Assembly: GCF_001194135.2 (NCBI RefSeq)
Contig: NC_068997.1
Span: forward strand, 4,740,927-4,804,926
DNA: 64,000 nucleotides
Source of the DNA: Octopus bimaculoides
Taxonomy: Eukaryota
Direction: 5' to 3'
The position numbers and the translations under genes were made by a program. The notes under the pieces are model-generated. The model worked only from the letters and a program-made list of their open reading frames with translations. It ran no database searches and had not been told where the DNA came from. Below, piece by piece: positions 52,076-63,560 of the stretch (position 1 is the first letter of the stretch; each line of letters opens with the position of its first letter).

Positions 52076-52694
52076 TGTTTATATATTTGTGTTTATATTT
52101 ACTCACACCCACATAATAGAAAATAAACAAGGCACCTTTTCTTTGTTCACTTAAAGTGCTAAGCCATCTTAAAGAAGGAATCCAAATCAGATAAAGTTTT
52201 TAATCATAAGGTCTGTAGGGTCAAGACTGGCCTGGGGCTAAATGACAACAATGGAATATTTTGCGTTCATTTTTTTTTTTGTTTGTGACAAATATAAATG
52301 TCCAATATTACATAAAATCCATATTGTTGTCATTGATCAGCTCCTGATCCATCAGGCCTATGATAAAATATATTCTGCCTATAACTCTTACATCTTTTTT
52401 TTTCTGATACAGTGCAGCTAGAACCACATTTAATGTGTCCTTTTTTTTTAAAGTTGGTAGCATGATTTGATAGGGATTTTGTTGCTATATCTAGCAGGTT
52501 GGGTGACTGTATAAGGCCACTCACCCTGCTAAAATCTGTGAAACCATTGGTAGGACAGATGAATGGTTGGCCTTCCTGGTTTAAACAGACAGAGGCTTTA
52601 TTGTAGGTTCAAAAGGGAGAAGGAGCTTAAACCACATGTGTTTAGCTGTATATTTGTGAGTGTGTGTGTTTGTGTTTCTGTATTTATATATTAT

Positions 52695-53000
52695 CATGGC
52701 TTAGTGGTTAGGGTATTCAGCACATGATCGTAAGGTCATGTGTTCAAAAACCAGCTCTGCATTATGTCCTTGAGCAAGACACTTAATTTTACGTTGCTTC
52801 AGTCCACTCAGCTGCTACAATGAGTTGTACCTATAATTCAAAGGGCCAGCCTTGTCACTTTCGGTGTGACACTGAATCTCTATGACAACTACATTAAGGA
52901 TACATGCGTCTGTAAAGTGCCCAGCCACTTTCACACTAATTTCACAAGCAGGCTGTTCCATTGATCGGATCAACTGGAACCCTTGTCATGGTAACCAATG
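52695..53000 (+). mobile_element. tRNA-derived SINE family C copy
   Basis: A-box TGGCTTAGTGG, B-box-like TGTTCAAAAACC, TGTCCTTGAGCAAGACACTT central domain; related head at 55035-55140. Confidence 0.8.
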
Positions 53001-53441
53001 GAGTGCCATGCTGGCATGGGTTGATGGTTTGACAGGATCTGAGAAGTCAGAAAACTGCACCATGCAATAGTGTTTTCTTTGGCGGGATTTCTAAAACTGG
53101 ATGCCCTTCCGAATGTCAGCCAATTTACAATGTTCTGGGTAGATTTTTTTCATGATACTGCACTACTGATGATCACTTCATAACTTGCAATGCATATCTA
53201 CATATGTGTGTGTATGTGTCTCTGTGTATGTATATAAATATATAGAGGTATGTGTATATGTACACACATGTATGTATACGTGTACGTACATACATACACA
53301 CACATGGAATAGGTGCAGGTATCACTGTGTGGTTAAGTTTACTTCCCAACCACATATTTGCAGGTTCAGTCCCACAACATGGTACCTTGGGAAAGTGTCT
53401 TCTACTACAGCCCCAGTCCCTGTGTGCATATNNNNNNNNNN

Positions 53442-54562
53442 TGAAAATAACACTGACATCTCATTTTAACAGATATATTTACCAAAACTGCATAAAAATA
53501 TGTTGAAATACTAAAGAGTAACTTTATTCAATAAAATCATCATTGGCTTCAACCATGACCTCCAGATGACTTCAGAATCTCCTGCAACTCTTCTGGATGG
53601 TCTCTTTGCCTTCAGTTCATCTTTGGTGTTACAAGGAGTTTTGTTGGTCTCTCACATGACTGGGTTCTCCTGCTTGTGTGGCATGGTGCAGAGTCCTCTT
53701 GCCAGGCATAGGGTCTTCTAGCAGCCACCCTCTTGACCCAGGGCAGCGCTACCTCTTCCAGGCACTTGATGTAGGCCTCCATGTTGAGTCTGAGGCCATG
53801 TTGGAAGATGAATGGAGGCATAACATCACTAGTGATCACACAAAACACCATGATGTTGACTGAATATTTGATTTTTATCACTCTTGGTACATGTTTTGGG
53901 GATATGGCAAGCCAACGGTTGTGTTTTACCATCTGATCCTGGCAGAATTTTTTCTTGTCTGAGAAAAGCCAAAGCATGTTTGGTTGGAGGGGTTGCTTGA
54001 GTTTGTTCAAAAGCTTTGTCGCATGGTCTTTCCTCTTGTTTTTGATGGCTTGGGATAAAAAATTGGCCCTTTTTCATCTTGTATGAGGAATTCTGAATGT
54101 CTTCATGCACTGCCTGCCTGATAAAAAACTCAGACACTCCCATGTCCCTGGCAATGGACCTGATTGACTTGGAGGGATCGTTGGCAATCATGGCCTGGAT
54201 CTCACCAACAAATTCAGGAGTTCTTTTCTCATCAGAACAATCAGATTGAGTTTTCTGAGCTACCGTACCTTCGTAATCACCATTAGACTCATCCAAATCT
54301 TTTTGAATCCTCTGTACTGTCCTCAGACTGACACCGAAACACTGAAATGTTTGTATTGGAACTTCTGGCACGAATGCCAATCAGTATAGCATGTCATTTC
54401 CAAATTTCTGGCAGAGTGAACTGTGTCATGGTGGTGTTTTTCTCATAGACAGTTCCCAACTGACACTACTATATTGTGTCATCGACAAAATCAAACACAA
54501 ACAATGTGCATGCATGAAATTAAAAATACAAAATGGCGACAATTTACCCATCACACCCTGTA
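53442..54562 (-). mobile_element. Decayed Tc1/mariner transposon, maT/DD37D-like, internally deleted
   Basis: Minus: RTPEFVGEIQAMIANDPSKSIRSIARDMGVSE (HTH), WLFSDKKKFCQD, MVFCVITSDVMPPFIF, AWQEDSAPCHTS; the SPDLN segment is missing; ends LEVMVEANDDFIE*. TACAGGGTG terminus at 54554-54562. Confidence 0.85.
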
Positions 54563-54576
54563 TGTGCATATATATC

Positions 54577-54608
<32 letters not shown>

Positions 54609-54637
54609 GTATTGGGGGCAATGTACAGATTTAATAC

Positions 54638-54957
54638 ATATGAAAGAAAAAAGCGTTCAGAATGCTGGATGGTTGTATATAAAAAAATATATATATTTAT
54701 TTACATATCACATATTGTTTCTTCAAATCCTATTTAATCACAAATTTAAGTGCTTTCAACTACTGCTGTAGTTTCATCAGAAATGTAAGTTTGCAGAGTT
54801 TTGTCTGTTTTTATATTATTGGTGAATAGAAACTACAGTAGTAGTTGAAAGCGCTTAAGTATGTAATTAAATATGATTTGAAGAAACAATATGTGATATG
54901 TAAATAAATATATATATTTTTTTATATACAACCATCCAGCATTCTGAACGCTTTTTC

Positions 54958-54965
<8 letters not shown>
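54638..54965. mobile_element. Foldback element: about 138-bp near-identical inverted arms, about 53-bp spacer
   Basis: 54638-54775 is the reverse complement of 54829-54965 with only a few differences; TA-rich flanks. Confidence 0.92.
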
Positions 54966-55014
<49 letters not shown>

Positions 55015-56164
55015 ATATATACAATGAGGGTACATGGGCTATTGGTTAGGGTGTTGCACTCATGATTACAAAATCATGGTTTCAATTCCTAGACCAAGTG
55101 ATGCATTGTGTTCTTGAGCAAAACACTTCATCTCACATTGTTCTGTGATCACATCAACACCTGACGCATGGTACTCTGTACACCTGTTCAGCCAATGTCA
55201 ATTTGGTGGAAAGAGTGAGTTAATGTGCAGCACAAACATTTCATCACTATAACGAAATTATTTGTGCAGGTCATTCAACAAAAACTGAACGCTCATGCAT
55301 CATCTTCAACAGGAGAGTCCATCATATACACACACATACATACACACATTCATATATACATTATGTTCATGTGTGTATGAGATGTATAACATATTGTGTA
55401 TTATCTAATCGTGTAATGTCAGTTGATAGTTTTCTTTAAAATCTTAGTGTGTGGTGGTGATGATGGTGGTAGTGGTGGTAGTGGTTGCAGTAGTAGTGGT
55501 TAGGAATGACATATGCATCGTTCTCATGTTCTCCTATGTACTTCGTTCCTCACATTCACATCAGCTAGTGGAGCAAAAGCACATAAGCTTGAAACATCGA
55601 AGACTTTCATTTTTCCTGAGCATCAAACTAAAACAACCTGTTTGTTGTTCTTTCACCTGTCTCTGTTTTTTTGTATATGTTTTGTCTATTTTTGAACCAC
55701 ATATAATATACACTCACATGGTCACCCAAGTTTCATCCTGCCAGACTGAACCCCTTCTTCTCTCAGGCTCCCATCTCTTTTCCAATATCCTTTTCAGACT
55801 TTTGTTACCTCTCCAGAACCACTTTACCACCACTCCACCCACATTACCTTTGGAACTTTGTACTTCTCAACTTCTACTATCATATTTCTTATTGTATACT
55901 ATTGTTTACTTGTTTAATACTTGGTTGCCTCTGATAATTGATTCCTCTCACATTACTATGTTCAGTGAAATGGAAAATATGTGTGTGTGTGTGTGTGTAT
56001 TGTTTGTTTTTATGTTCAGTTATAATAATAAAAACAATTTTACATTAATCTATTCAGTTACTCTATACTTCTGTAGAGTACAAATTTGTTAACAACATTC
56101 TCGTTTGAGAATTAGAGAGAGAGAGAGAGAGAGAAAGAGAAACAGATAGATTTGTTGTGTATAT

Positions 56165-56790
56165 CTTTTGATCTTTTGCTTGTTTCAGCCATTTGACTGC
56201 GGCCATGCTGGAACACCACCTTTAGTCAAACAAATCGACCCCAGGACTTATTTTTTGTAAGCCTGGTACTCATTTTACCAGTGTTTTTTGCCAAACCACT
56301 TAGTTATGGGGTTGTAAACACACCAACATCAGTTGTCAAGCAATGGTGTGGGGGGAGGGAGGGCAAACACATACACATCCANNNNNNNNNNNNNNNNNNN
56401 NNNNNNNNNNNNNNNNNNNNNNNNNNNNNNNNNNNNNNNNNNNNNNNNNNNNNNNNNNNNNNNNNNNNNNNNNNNNNNNNNNNNNNNNNNNNNNNNNNNN
56501 NNNNNNNNNNNNNNNNNNNNNNNNNNNNNNNNNNNNNNNNNNNNNNNNNNNNNNNNNNNNNNNNNNNNNNNNNNNNNNNNNNNNNNNNNNNNNNNNNNNN
56601 NNNNNNNNNNNNNNNNNNNNNNNTATATATATATATATATATACATACATACAATGGGCTTCTTCCACTCACAAAGCTTTGATCAGCCCAAGGCTATAGT
56701 AGAAGACAATTGCCCAAGGTGCCACACAGCAGGACTGAACCCGGAACCATGTGGTTGGGAAGTAAGCTTCTTACCACACAGCCACCCCTA
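56165..56790 (-). mobile_element. Composite SINE family F copy with a gap in its internal microsatellite
   Basis: Body 56165-56360, gap plus (TA)n, head 56655-56790. Confidence 0.8.
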
Positions 56791-57072
56791 TGTATGTGTG
56801 TGCATGTATATATAAAAATGATTCAAGGACCAAGAGTTTGTTGCAGATATTGAAGCAGTATTTGGTGACTGTATTGATTGGGAAAGTGTTGTGAAAAATA
56901 TGGAAAGTAGGGTTTTTTTTTTTTTAATGCTTTTGAAATCACTTCATTCCATAACCTTGAAAATGTTGGGGTCTTGATGTTGGGTGGGGTGTAATTAGTT
57001 ATATTGATATCTTGGTTTGAAGCAAAAACATCGATGTCAACAATACTATTGCTAACAGAATTGGCATGTATA

Positions 57073-57104
57073 ATATTTACTCTGGTATACACCAGAGTAA
57101 ATAT
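57073..57104. repeat. 14-bp perfect hairpin
   Basis: ATATTTACTCTGGT-ATAC-ACCAGAGTAAATAT. Confidence 0.85.
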
Positions 57105-57679
57105 AACAGGAAGACTGGAGAGAGAACCCCATAGTGATATTGCAGAAGAGCAAGTAAAAAGTATCTCTATTATAGCTACCTCCTTCTTTGCCATGCACAA
57201 AATAAAATCTGTAAGATTTATCAAACATCAATATGTTTGTTGGATAGATAGATAGATAGATAGATAGATAAACAAAATGTTAGCATCAAGCAGTGTTTAG
57301 GCATAAGTATAATTTAGGTTAGTTAAAATATATTCAACTGCTAAAAGATAAATTCACTGCAGTTACCGTGAACAAAATATCTCTCTTATGGTAAAAAGGT
57401 GTGAAAATGTCTGGTTTGTTCAGTTTTCCATCTATCAGGAATCCCAGACATCAATGTTTCGAGTTTTTTGACTCTTGTCTAACCTAAATTTTAACTAACC
57501 TAAATCGATGTGGACATAGGGCTAGATAAAGTGAGTGGACAGGTACATCCATGAGAGTGCAAAAGGAGAGTGTGAGATAGACGAAGGGAGGGGGTGTTAT
57601 ATGTGTTTATATATGTATATATGTATGTGATCTGATCAATAAATATTCAGACTGTTACCATAGTAATGAAGCTAAAGCA

Positions 57680-58415
57680 TGCAGAGTGAAGCTACTTGAC
57701 AGATTTACCTTGAACTCTGCTGTGCATGCACATTAAGTTTTAACATTCTAGCTCACTTCCGCTGTTTACAGCAGTGTTTGGAAGGAAGGTGTGTAGTGTG
57801 TGATCATCGCATTGACCATGACAGAGAAAGATGAGCAAAGAATCTGCATCAAATTTTTCCAAAAGTTTGGGGATACCTGCTAATCAAGGAGATCTTGTGC
57901 AACTGAAACCTGTGTCCTTTTGGTCAGCTAGAAGCAGTTTTTGCACAAATTTAGAAGACACATGTCTCATACCCAAATCTTCAGTGATAATGGATTGAAC
58001 TGAACCATAACTAATCTGCACATCCTCTGATAACTCACAGATGGTGATTCGACGATTTCCCCTCACATTTGCACGCACATCTGCAATGTTTTTCTCAGTT
58101 CTGTTGGCTGCAGGTCTCCCAGAACATTCATCAATATCGACATTTTTTCGGCCATCTTGGAAACATCTGAACCACTCATACACTTGTGTGCAGCTCATAT
58201 ACTCCTCTCAATACACTTTCTGCAACTTTGCATAGGCTTCTGAGCAGGTATCACCGTGCCAACTTTCTCTGTCATAGTCAATACAACGATCACACACTAC
58301 ACACATTCCTTCCAAGCACTGCTGTAAACAGCAGAAGTGAGCTAGAACATTAAAACTTAGCAAACATGCGCAGCAGATTTTAAGGCCAGTCTTTGCGAAG
58401 TGACTTCACTCTGTA
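57680..58415. mobile_element. Mariner-family remnant arranged as two inverted 5' ends
   Basis: Minus ORF ...YEWFRCFQDGRKNVDIDECSGRP...NRRITICELSEDVQISYGSVQSIITEDLGMRHVSSKFV (mariner HTH). The 5' leader plus MTEKDEQRICIKFF start is repeated on + at 57680-57882. Confidence 0.85.
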
Positions 58416-58799
58416 TTCATTATATTTTTTAATTAACCCTTTCTACACTTTCATCCTTGAAAGTTATGGAATTTTAATTTATATCTTGGACTATTATCTC
58501 GTTATTATATTATAAGATAATAGATTATAATATAGAAATGTTTGTCATTAAGTTATTATTTCATTAAATCCTTTCATAATTCCTCATTGATTCTCTTCAT
58601 AGGCTTTTGTGTGTGTGTGTGTGTGTGTGTGTCAATTGTCATATGAAGGAGAAAAAGATCCGTTCTGATCTGATTTCTAGAAGTAGTAATAATAATAGTA
58701 GTAGTAGTAGTAGTAATAATAATAATAATAATAGTAGTAGTAATAATAATAATAGTAGTAGTAGTAGTAGTAGTAGTAATTAATATTATTATTATTATA

Positions 58800-58955
58800 T
58801 CTCTGCGTTCTGAGTTCAAATTCTACCGCAGTCAACTTTGCCTTCCATCCTTTCGGGGTCGATAAATTAAGTACCAGTGAAACACTGGAGTCGATGTATT
58901 CAACCAGTCCCCTCTCCTCAAATTTCAGGCCTTGTACCTTTAGTAGAAAGGATTA
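58800..58955 (+). mobile_element. tRNA-derived SINE family E copy
   Basis: GAGTTCAAATTC B-box-like, GTCAACTTTGCCTTCCATCCTTTCGGGGTCGATAAATTAAGTACCAG, (ATT)n tail. Confidence 0.85.
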
Positions 58956-59059
58956 TTATTATGATTATTATTATTATTATCATCATCACCACCACCACCA
59001 CCACCACCATCATCATCATCATCCTCATCATCATCATCATCATCATCGTTATTATTATT

Positions 59060-59610
59060 TGGTTTGACTCCGGTTCAGTGTTATTCCTGGTAGGATTTAT
59101 GTGGGTAGTAGGTTACTACCTGTGACCTTAGGTATCCTCAAGTTTTCAGTAATTTTTCAAGTGCTTAGAACCCTCCTGATAATCCTTGTTGTCCCTAAGA
59201 GACAAATTTTCTGTAGGAGCTCTACAGAGCATTCTATTCCGGTTTCCTTCAGCCATTTGTCTATATCTTTGTTTACTGTTCCCAACACATCAATTGTTAT
59301 AGGTACGACTTTTACAGTTCTCATACTTCAAATTCTTCCTATTTCAAATTTTAAGGGATTATATTTATTTGTTTTATTTTGTCTTCTTTCTTTTCGATCC
59401 ATGATGGGTTGATTAGCAAGCAACTTCACTTTTCCTTATCTATAATCGTTATGTCTGGTCTATTATTTTCTAACTTCATCTGCATTTGAATAGGGAAGTC
59501 CCAATACGCCATATGCCCAGAAAGTCTACAAAATTTCTTAAATTGTTTTTGTATAAAGTATGAGTGAACCTCTACATGGATGCTTGACTTGTTAGACATA
59601 GCAGCCACAC
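59060..59610 (-). mobile_element. Dong/R4-clade 3' end (restriction-like endonuclease region)
   Basis: Minus: YWDFPIQMQMKLENNRPDITIIDK (PD motif), KYNPLKFEIGRI, VKVVPITIDVLGTV, LLQKICLLGTTRIIRRVL*. Confidence 0.85.
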
Positions 59611-60237
59611 CTCTGTCAAATCACACCTTTATTGCTGAAAGAATATAAGATAGAGTATTCCTACATTCTTCTAGAAAAATGCAGGATGGTCACAGCTGGA
59701 ATACTTTTGATCATAGGTCCACTGGATCAGACCTAACCTGGAGCTAAACAACAACAACTAAATATATCTTTTAAGGTTTTATATCACTGAAGACTGGCTC
59801 TTTGGATACACCTGTACTATAACATCCTTTTTCCTTCTCTGGAGACTTTCCTTTAGCTAAAATAGAAAGAGAGGAGGAGTAACCCAGTTTTTGTTGGGGT
59901 TTTTTTTTTTTTTTTTTTAATGTTGACATCGCAAATGAAAGGTGTAAATCCTCACAACTGACCACATTTAATATTCTGTCTTTTTTCTTTCTTTTAGACA
60001 TCATTAAGATTAATTAACAAACAGCATTAACTCTTGTAGACAATTAACTGTAAATAGCTTTGTCTGATAACAACTAATTAATGGAGTATATTAATTTACT
60101 GTAATACAAGGAGGTAATAGGAGTGGGAGCTAGGGTTGTCTCTCTCTCTCTCTCTCACCACCACAACCACCATCATTGAACATATAAAAACCTCACAATG
60201 ACAGAGAGCAACCGATTTAGTTAATACTTTCTTACAG

Positions 60238-60253
60238 ATTGACTTGTGCTGGC
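60238..60253 (+). CDS. Candidate 16-nt microexon (phase 2 in, phase 0 out; encodes -LTCAG)
   Basis: TACTTTCTTACAG|ATTGACTTGTGCTGGC|GTGAGT in unique sequence; frame-compatible with the candidate exon at 30616-30659. Confidence 0.45.
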
Positions 60254-60262
60254 GTGAGTATC

Positions 60263-60304
60263 TGCATGTAAAAGGTGTCATTGCATATGTGCATGGTATG
60301 CATG
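60263..60304 (+). promoter_or_regulatory. Three TGCATG (Rbfox-type) motifs just downstream of the candidate microexon
   Basis: TGCATG at 60263-60268, 60290-60295 and 60299-60304. Confidence 0.4.
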
Positions 60305-61102
60305 CATTCATGTGCACCAAGCCACTATAGCGCGTGCTGTCGTCAGATGTTAAGTAATTTTTAATTACATCTGCCACGTAACATCTGTTCTTGAAATGTC
60401 AAACAAATACAAACGTTATCATGATTAAGATCACACACAGACATGCATATGTATGCTAGCACATACACACACTCATAGCTGGCTCACACATGGATGCCAA
60501 CACTTATACACCCATACTTACACACATCATATATATATATATACACACACACACACATACACACCTACTGGCTTAGCTATTATCTCTCTCTCTTTCTCCC
60601 CCCCCCCTCTCACACACACATACACGTGTTTGTGCGAAGAATCTTTACCGGATCTTTATGAAAATGAATGTTAATGTTTTACTGTGCTTCCTCTTTGTTG
60701 TATTGTCTAAGGGTCAATTCATCCTGATAGAGCCCTTCATGTAATGAGATGAAACCAAATTTTGTTTGGTGGGATGAGGGTGAGAAAACAAAATTCGCCT
60801 AGTCATCATCATAATAATTATAATACAAGGCTACAAATTAGATGTAGTGTGGGATTAGTTGATTAAATCCGTCATCACATCATTGTAATCATCATCATTG
60901 TAATCATCATCATTGTTGTTGTTGCCACTGTCATGCTCATTGTCATCCTTTTTACATCTATTTTTGCATGCTGGCATGAGTTGGCTGGAACTTTAGAAGC
61001 ATTGTTTTATGGACAGATGTTCTTCCTGATGCCAATGCTTTTAGTCACCTCATTTGACCTTGCAGGAATACAATGTGCTTATTCCGCAAACATCCCCTAG
61101 AG

Positions 61103-62989
61103 CAGGGGTCACCAAAGTTTTTCACAGTGGGCCAGATAACTGAGATTATGACGAGTGTGGACCCCATAATCATTTTGTTCCATAATGTACAATGAATACA
61201 CAAAAACTAAAGACAACCAACATATTTATTTACCAAAAAGTTATCAAAGAAGGCGATGTTAGCAATAAGATAATTATATCACACCCAGTGCGCACATATT
61301 TGAATCTCACAAACTGAGCAGCAAAAAAAGGTTGGTGAGATTTGTGAAACTGGTGTTCAGCTTTTAAGACATCGTCAATATTTGCTTTGGAATTGTTGCA
61401 TCTAACCAAGAAAATTGCTTTCAAATGTTCATAAGTCAACCTCGTTTGATTTGCTGACTTCACATTCTTCATTTTTGAAACTATTTGCTCACAGACATAA
61501 GTTGTTCCAAACACTGATACTATACCAGAGACAAATTTCTTAAACTTTGAAAACTTATCAGGTAAGCAGCGATAAAACTCAACAAGTTTTCCTTCTCTAT
61601 GCTTCTCTTTCAACAAGTCATTTGCTTGCAAGTCAATGAGCACCAACTGTAGTTCGACTGGCATGTCATCAAGGTTACAGTCGAAAGGATTCTGGAACAG
61701 AAGAATGTTACTCTCAATTCTGTTGAGATCTGAAAATCTCTCCAAAACATGTTTAAGTCACAAATAATCTTCTTCAGAAACTCATGGTTGACATCTTCTG
61801 CAATTCTAGTGTGAAATTCCTTGAAACTCTGAAATCGAGAGAAGTTTTCTCCTTCCTGTTATGCTTCAAACAATGATAACTTTCTCCAAAATCCTTTGAT
61901 GATTCTGTAAAGATCACAGATAAAGTTATCCTTTCCCTAAAGTTTCAAATTCAATTCATTTATGTGGGATGTGATGTCAACCAAAAAGGACAACTTTGAC
62001 AGCCAGGTAGGATCTGACAGAAGTGGGTCAGCTCTATCCTTTTTGGTGAGAAAAATATCTATTTCTCTTTGGAGCTTATAAAAATGAAACAGGACTTCAC
62101 TGCAGCTGAGCTACCTCACTCCTGTGTGATAAGGCAAGTCACAGAATTCAGAATCAGTTTTTTCAGGAAATGCCTAGAACTGGCAGTGATTAAGGGCAGA
62201 AACATCTGCTTTCAGTACACAAGAAAGTCTTTCCCACAGACTGCTTGCTGATGTATAATGCAGTATGTAAACAGAGTGCCCAGGACTTGAAAATTTTCAG
62301 ACTTAGTCCTGTTCTGCCCCACCAGACCCTTCCTCACTCCAACCATGTTTTTCCCTCCATTAACTGTAACACATCAAAGCTGATTCCACTGATGTTTATA
62401 GCCTTGCAAAGTTTTCTGCACTTGGCTGAAAATGTCTTCTCTAGTTGTTGTTCCATGCATGCTGCAAACAGATGCCAACTCTTCTGTGATATGAAAGTCC
62501 AAATTAAAACCACAAATGAACATGAAAAGTTGTGATGTACTTGAGAGATCAGTATACTCATCCAGTGTCAGAGAATACCACAAGAAGTTCCTAGCTTTCT
62601 CGTGTATCTGTAGCACTATGTTCTCTCCAAGGTCTTCTCTTCTCCGCACAACTGAATGTGCTGAAAGGCTGATACTTCCAAACAAATCAGCTTTAGACAT
62701 TTGCTACTTCCATCATACAATCTTTGATGAAGTTGCCATTAGTAAACAGTTTTCCTCGCTCTGCCATCTTATGCACTATTTCGTAACTTGTACAAGTGAC
62801 AGATTCATTTTCAGTAAACATTCTTGTGAAGAGAATGTTTAAACACGGCAGTGCAAGTTAAAACATGATCACTGCAAGAATGAACTCTCAATACAGGTAC
62901 TTACACAAAAGGTGGAGTGTGGCGGCAGGCTGGATGAACTGACCTCGTGGGCCGGTTCTGGCCCATGGGCTGTAGTTTAGTGACTGCTG
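61103..62989 (-). mobile_element. hAT-Charlie/SPIN-like (GTF2IRD2-type) transposon, internally deleted and decayed
   Basis: TIRs CAGGGGTCACCAAA / TTTAGTGACTGCTG; 8-bp TSD CCCTAGAG / CCCTAAAG (7/8). Minus remnants WYSLTLDEYTDLSSTSQLFMFI, HGTTTREDIF, WLSKVVLFVDITSHINELNLKL*GK, FQNPF, VFGTTYVCEQIVSKMK (dimerization domain). Confidence 0.92.
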
Positions 62990-62994
62990 CCCTA

Positions 62995-63560
62995 AAGGAT
63001 GAAAGGCAATGTTGACCTCAGTGGTGTTTGAACTCAAAACACAAAGATAGACGAATGCCACAAAGCATTTTGTCTAGCATGCAAATGATTCTGCCAGCTT
63101 GCTTCCTTTCCTTTCTGCTTTAGGCACAAGGCATCAAATTTTGGAGGAGGGGTGGGGCTAGTTGATTACATCAACTCTTGGTGCTCAGCTGATACTTATC
63201 TCTTTGACTCTGAAAGGAGGCAAGGCTAAGATGATCTCAGTGAAATTTGAACTCTAAACATAAAGATGAATCAAATGCTGCTAAGCATGTTGTCTGGTGT
63301 GCTAACACTTATACTAGTTTGTCACCTTAATAATAATAATTGATAATAATAGTAATGATTTCAAATTTTTGGCACAAGGCCAGCTATTTCGGAGCAAGTC
63401 AATTACATCAGCCCCAGTACTCAACTGGTACTTATCTTATCGACCCTGAAAGATGAAAAGTAAAGTTAACCCCAACAGCATATGAACTCAGACTGTTAAG
63501 ATGGACAAAATGCAGCTTTGCATTTTGCCTGATGTGATAATGATTCTGCCAGCTCACAGC
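62995..63560 (-). mobile_element. Head-to-tail array of three family E SINE copies
   Basis: Repeated GAAAGG..AAG..GACCTCAG...TTTGAACTC blocks with GGCACAAGG starts and (AAT)n spacers. Confidence 0.8.

Noticed and set aside
57520-57546. Possible 11-nt microexon CATAG|GGCTAGATAAA|GTGAGT
   Set aside because: Acceptor lacks a pyrimidine tract and the segment carries stop codons in two frames.
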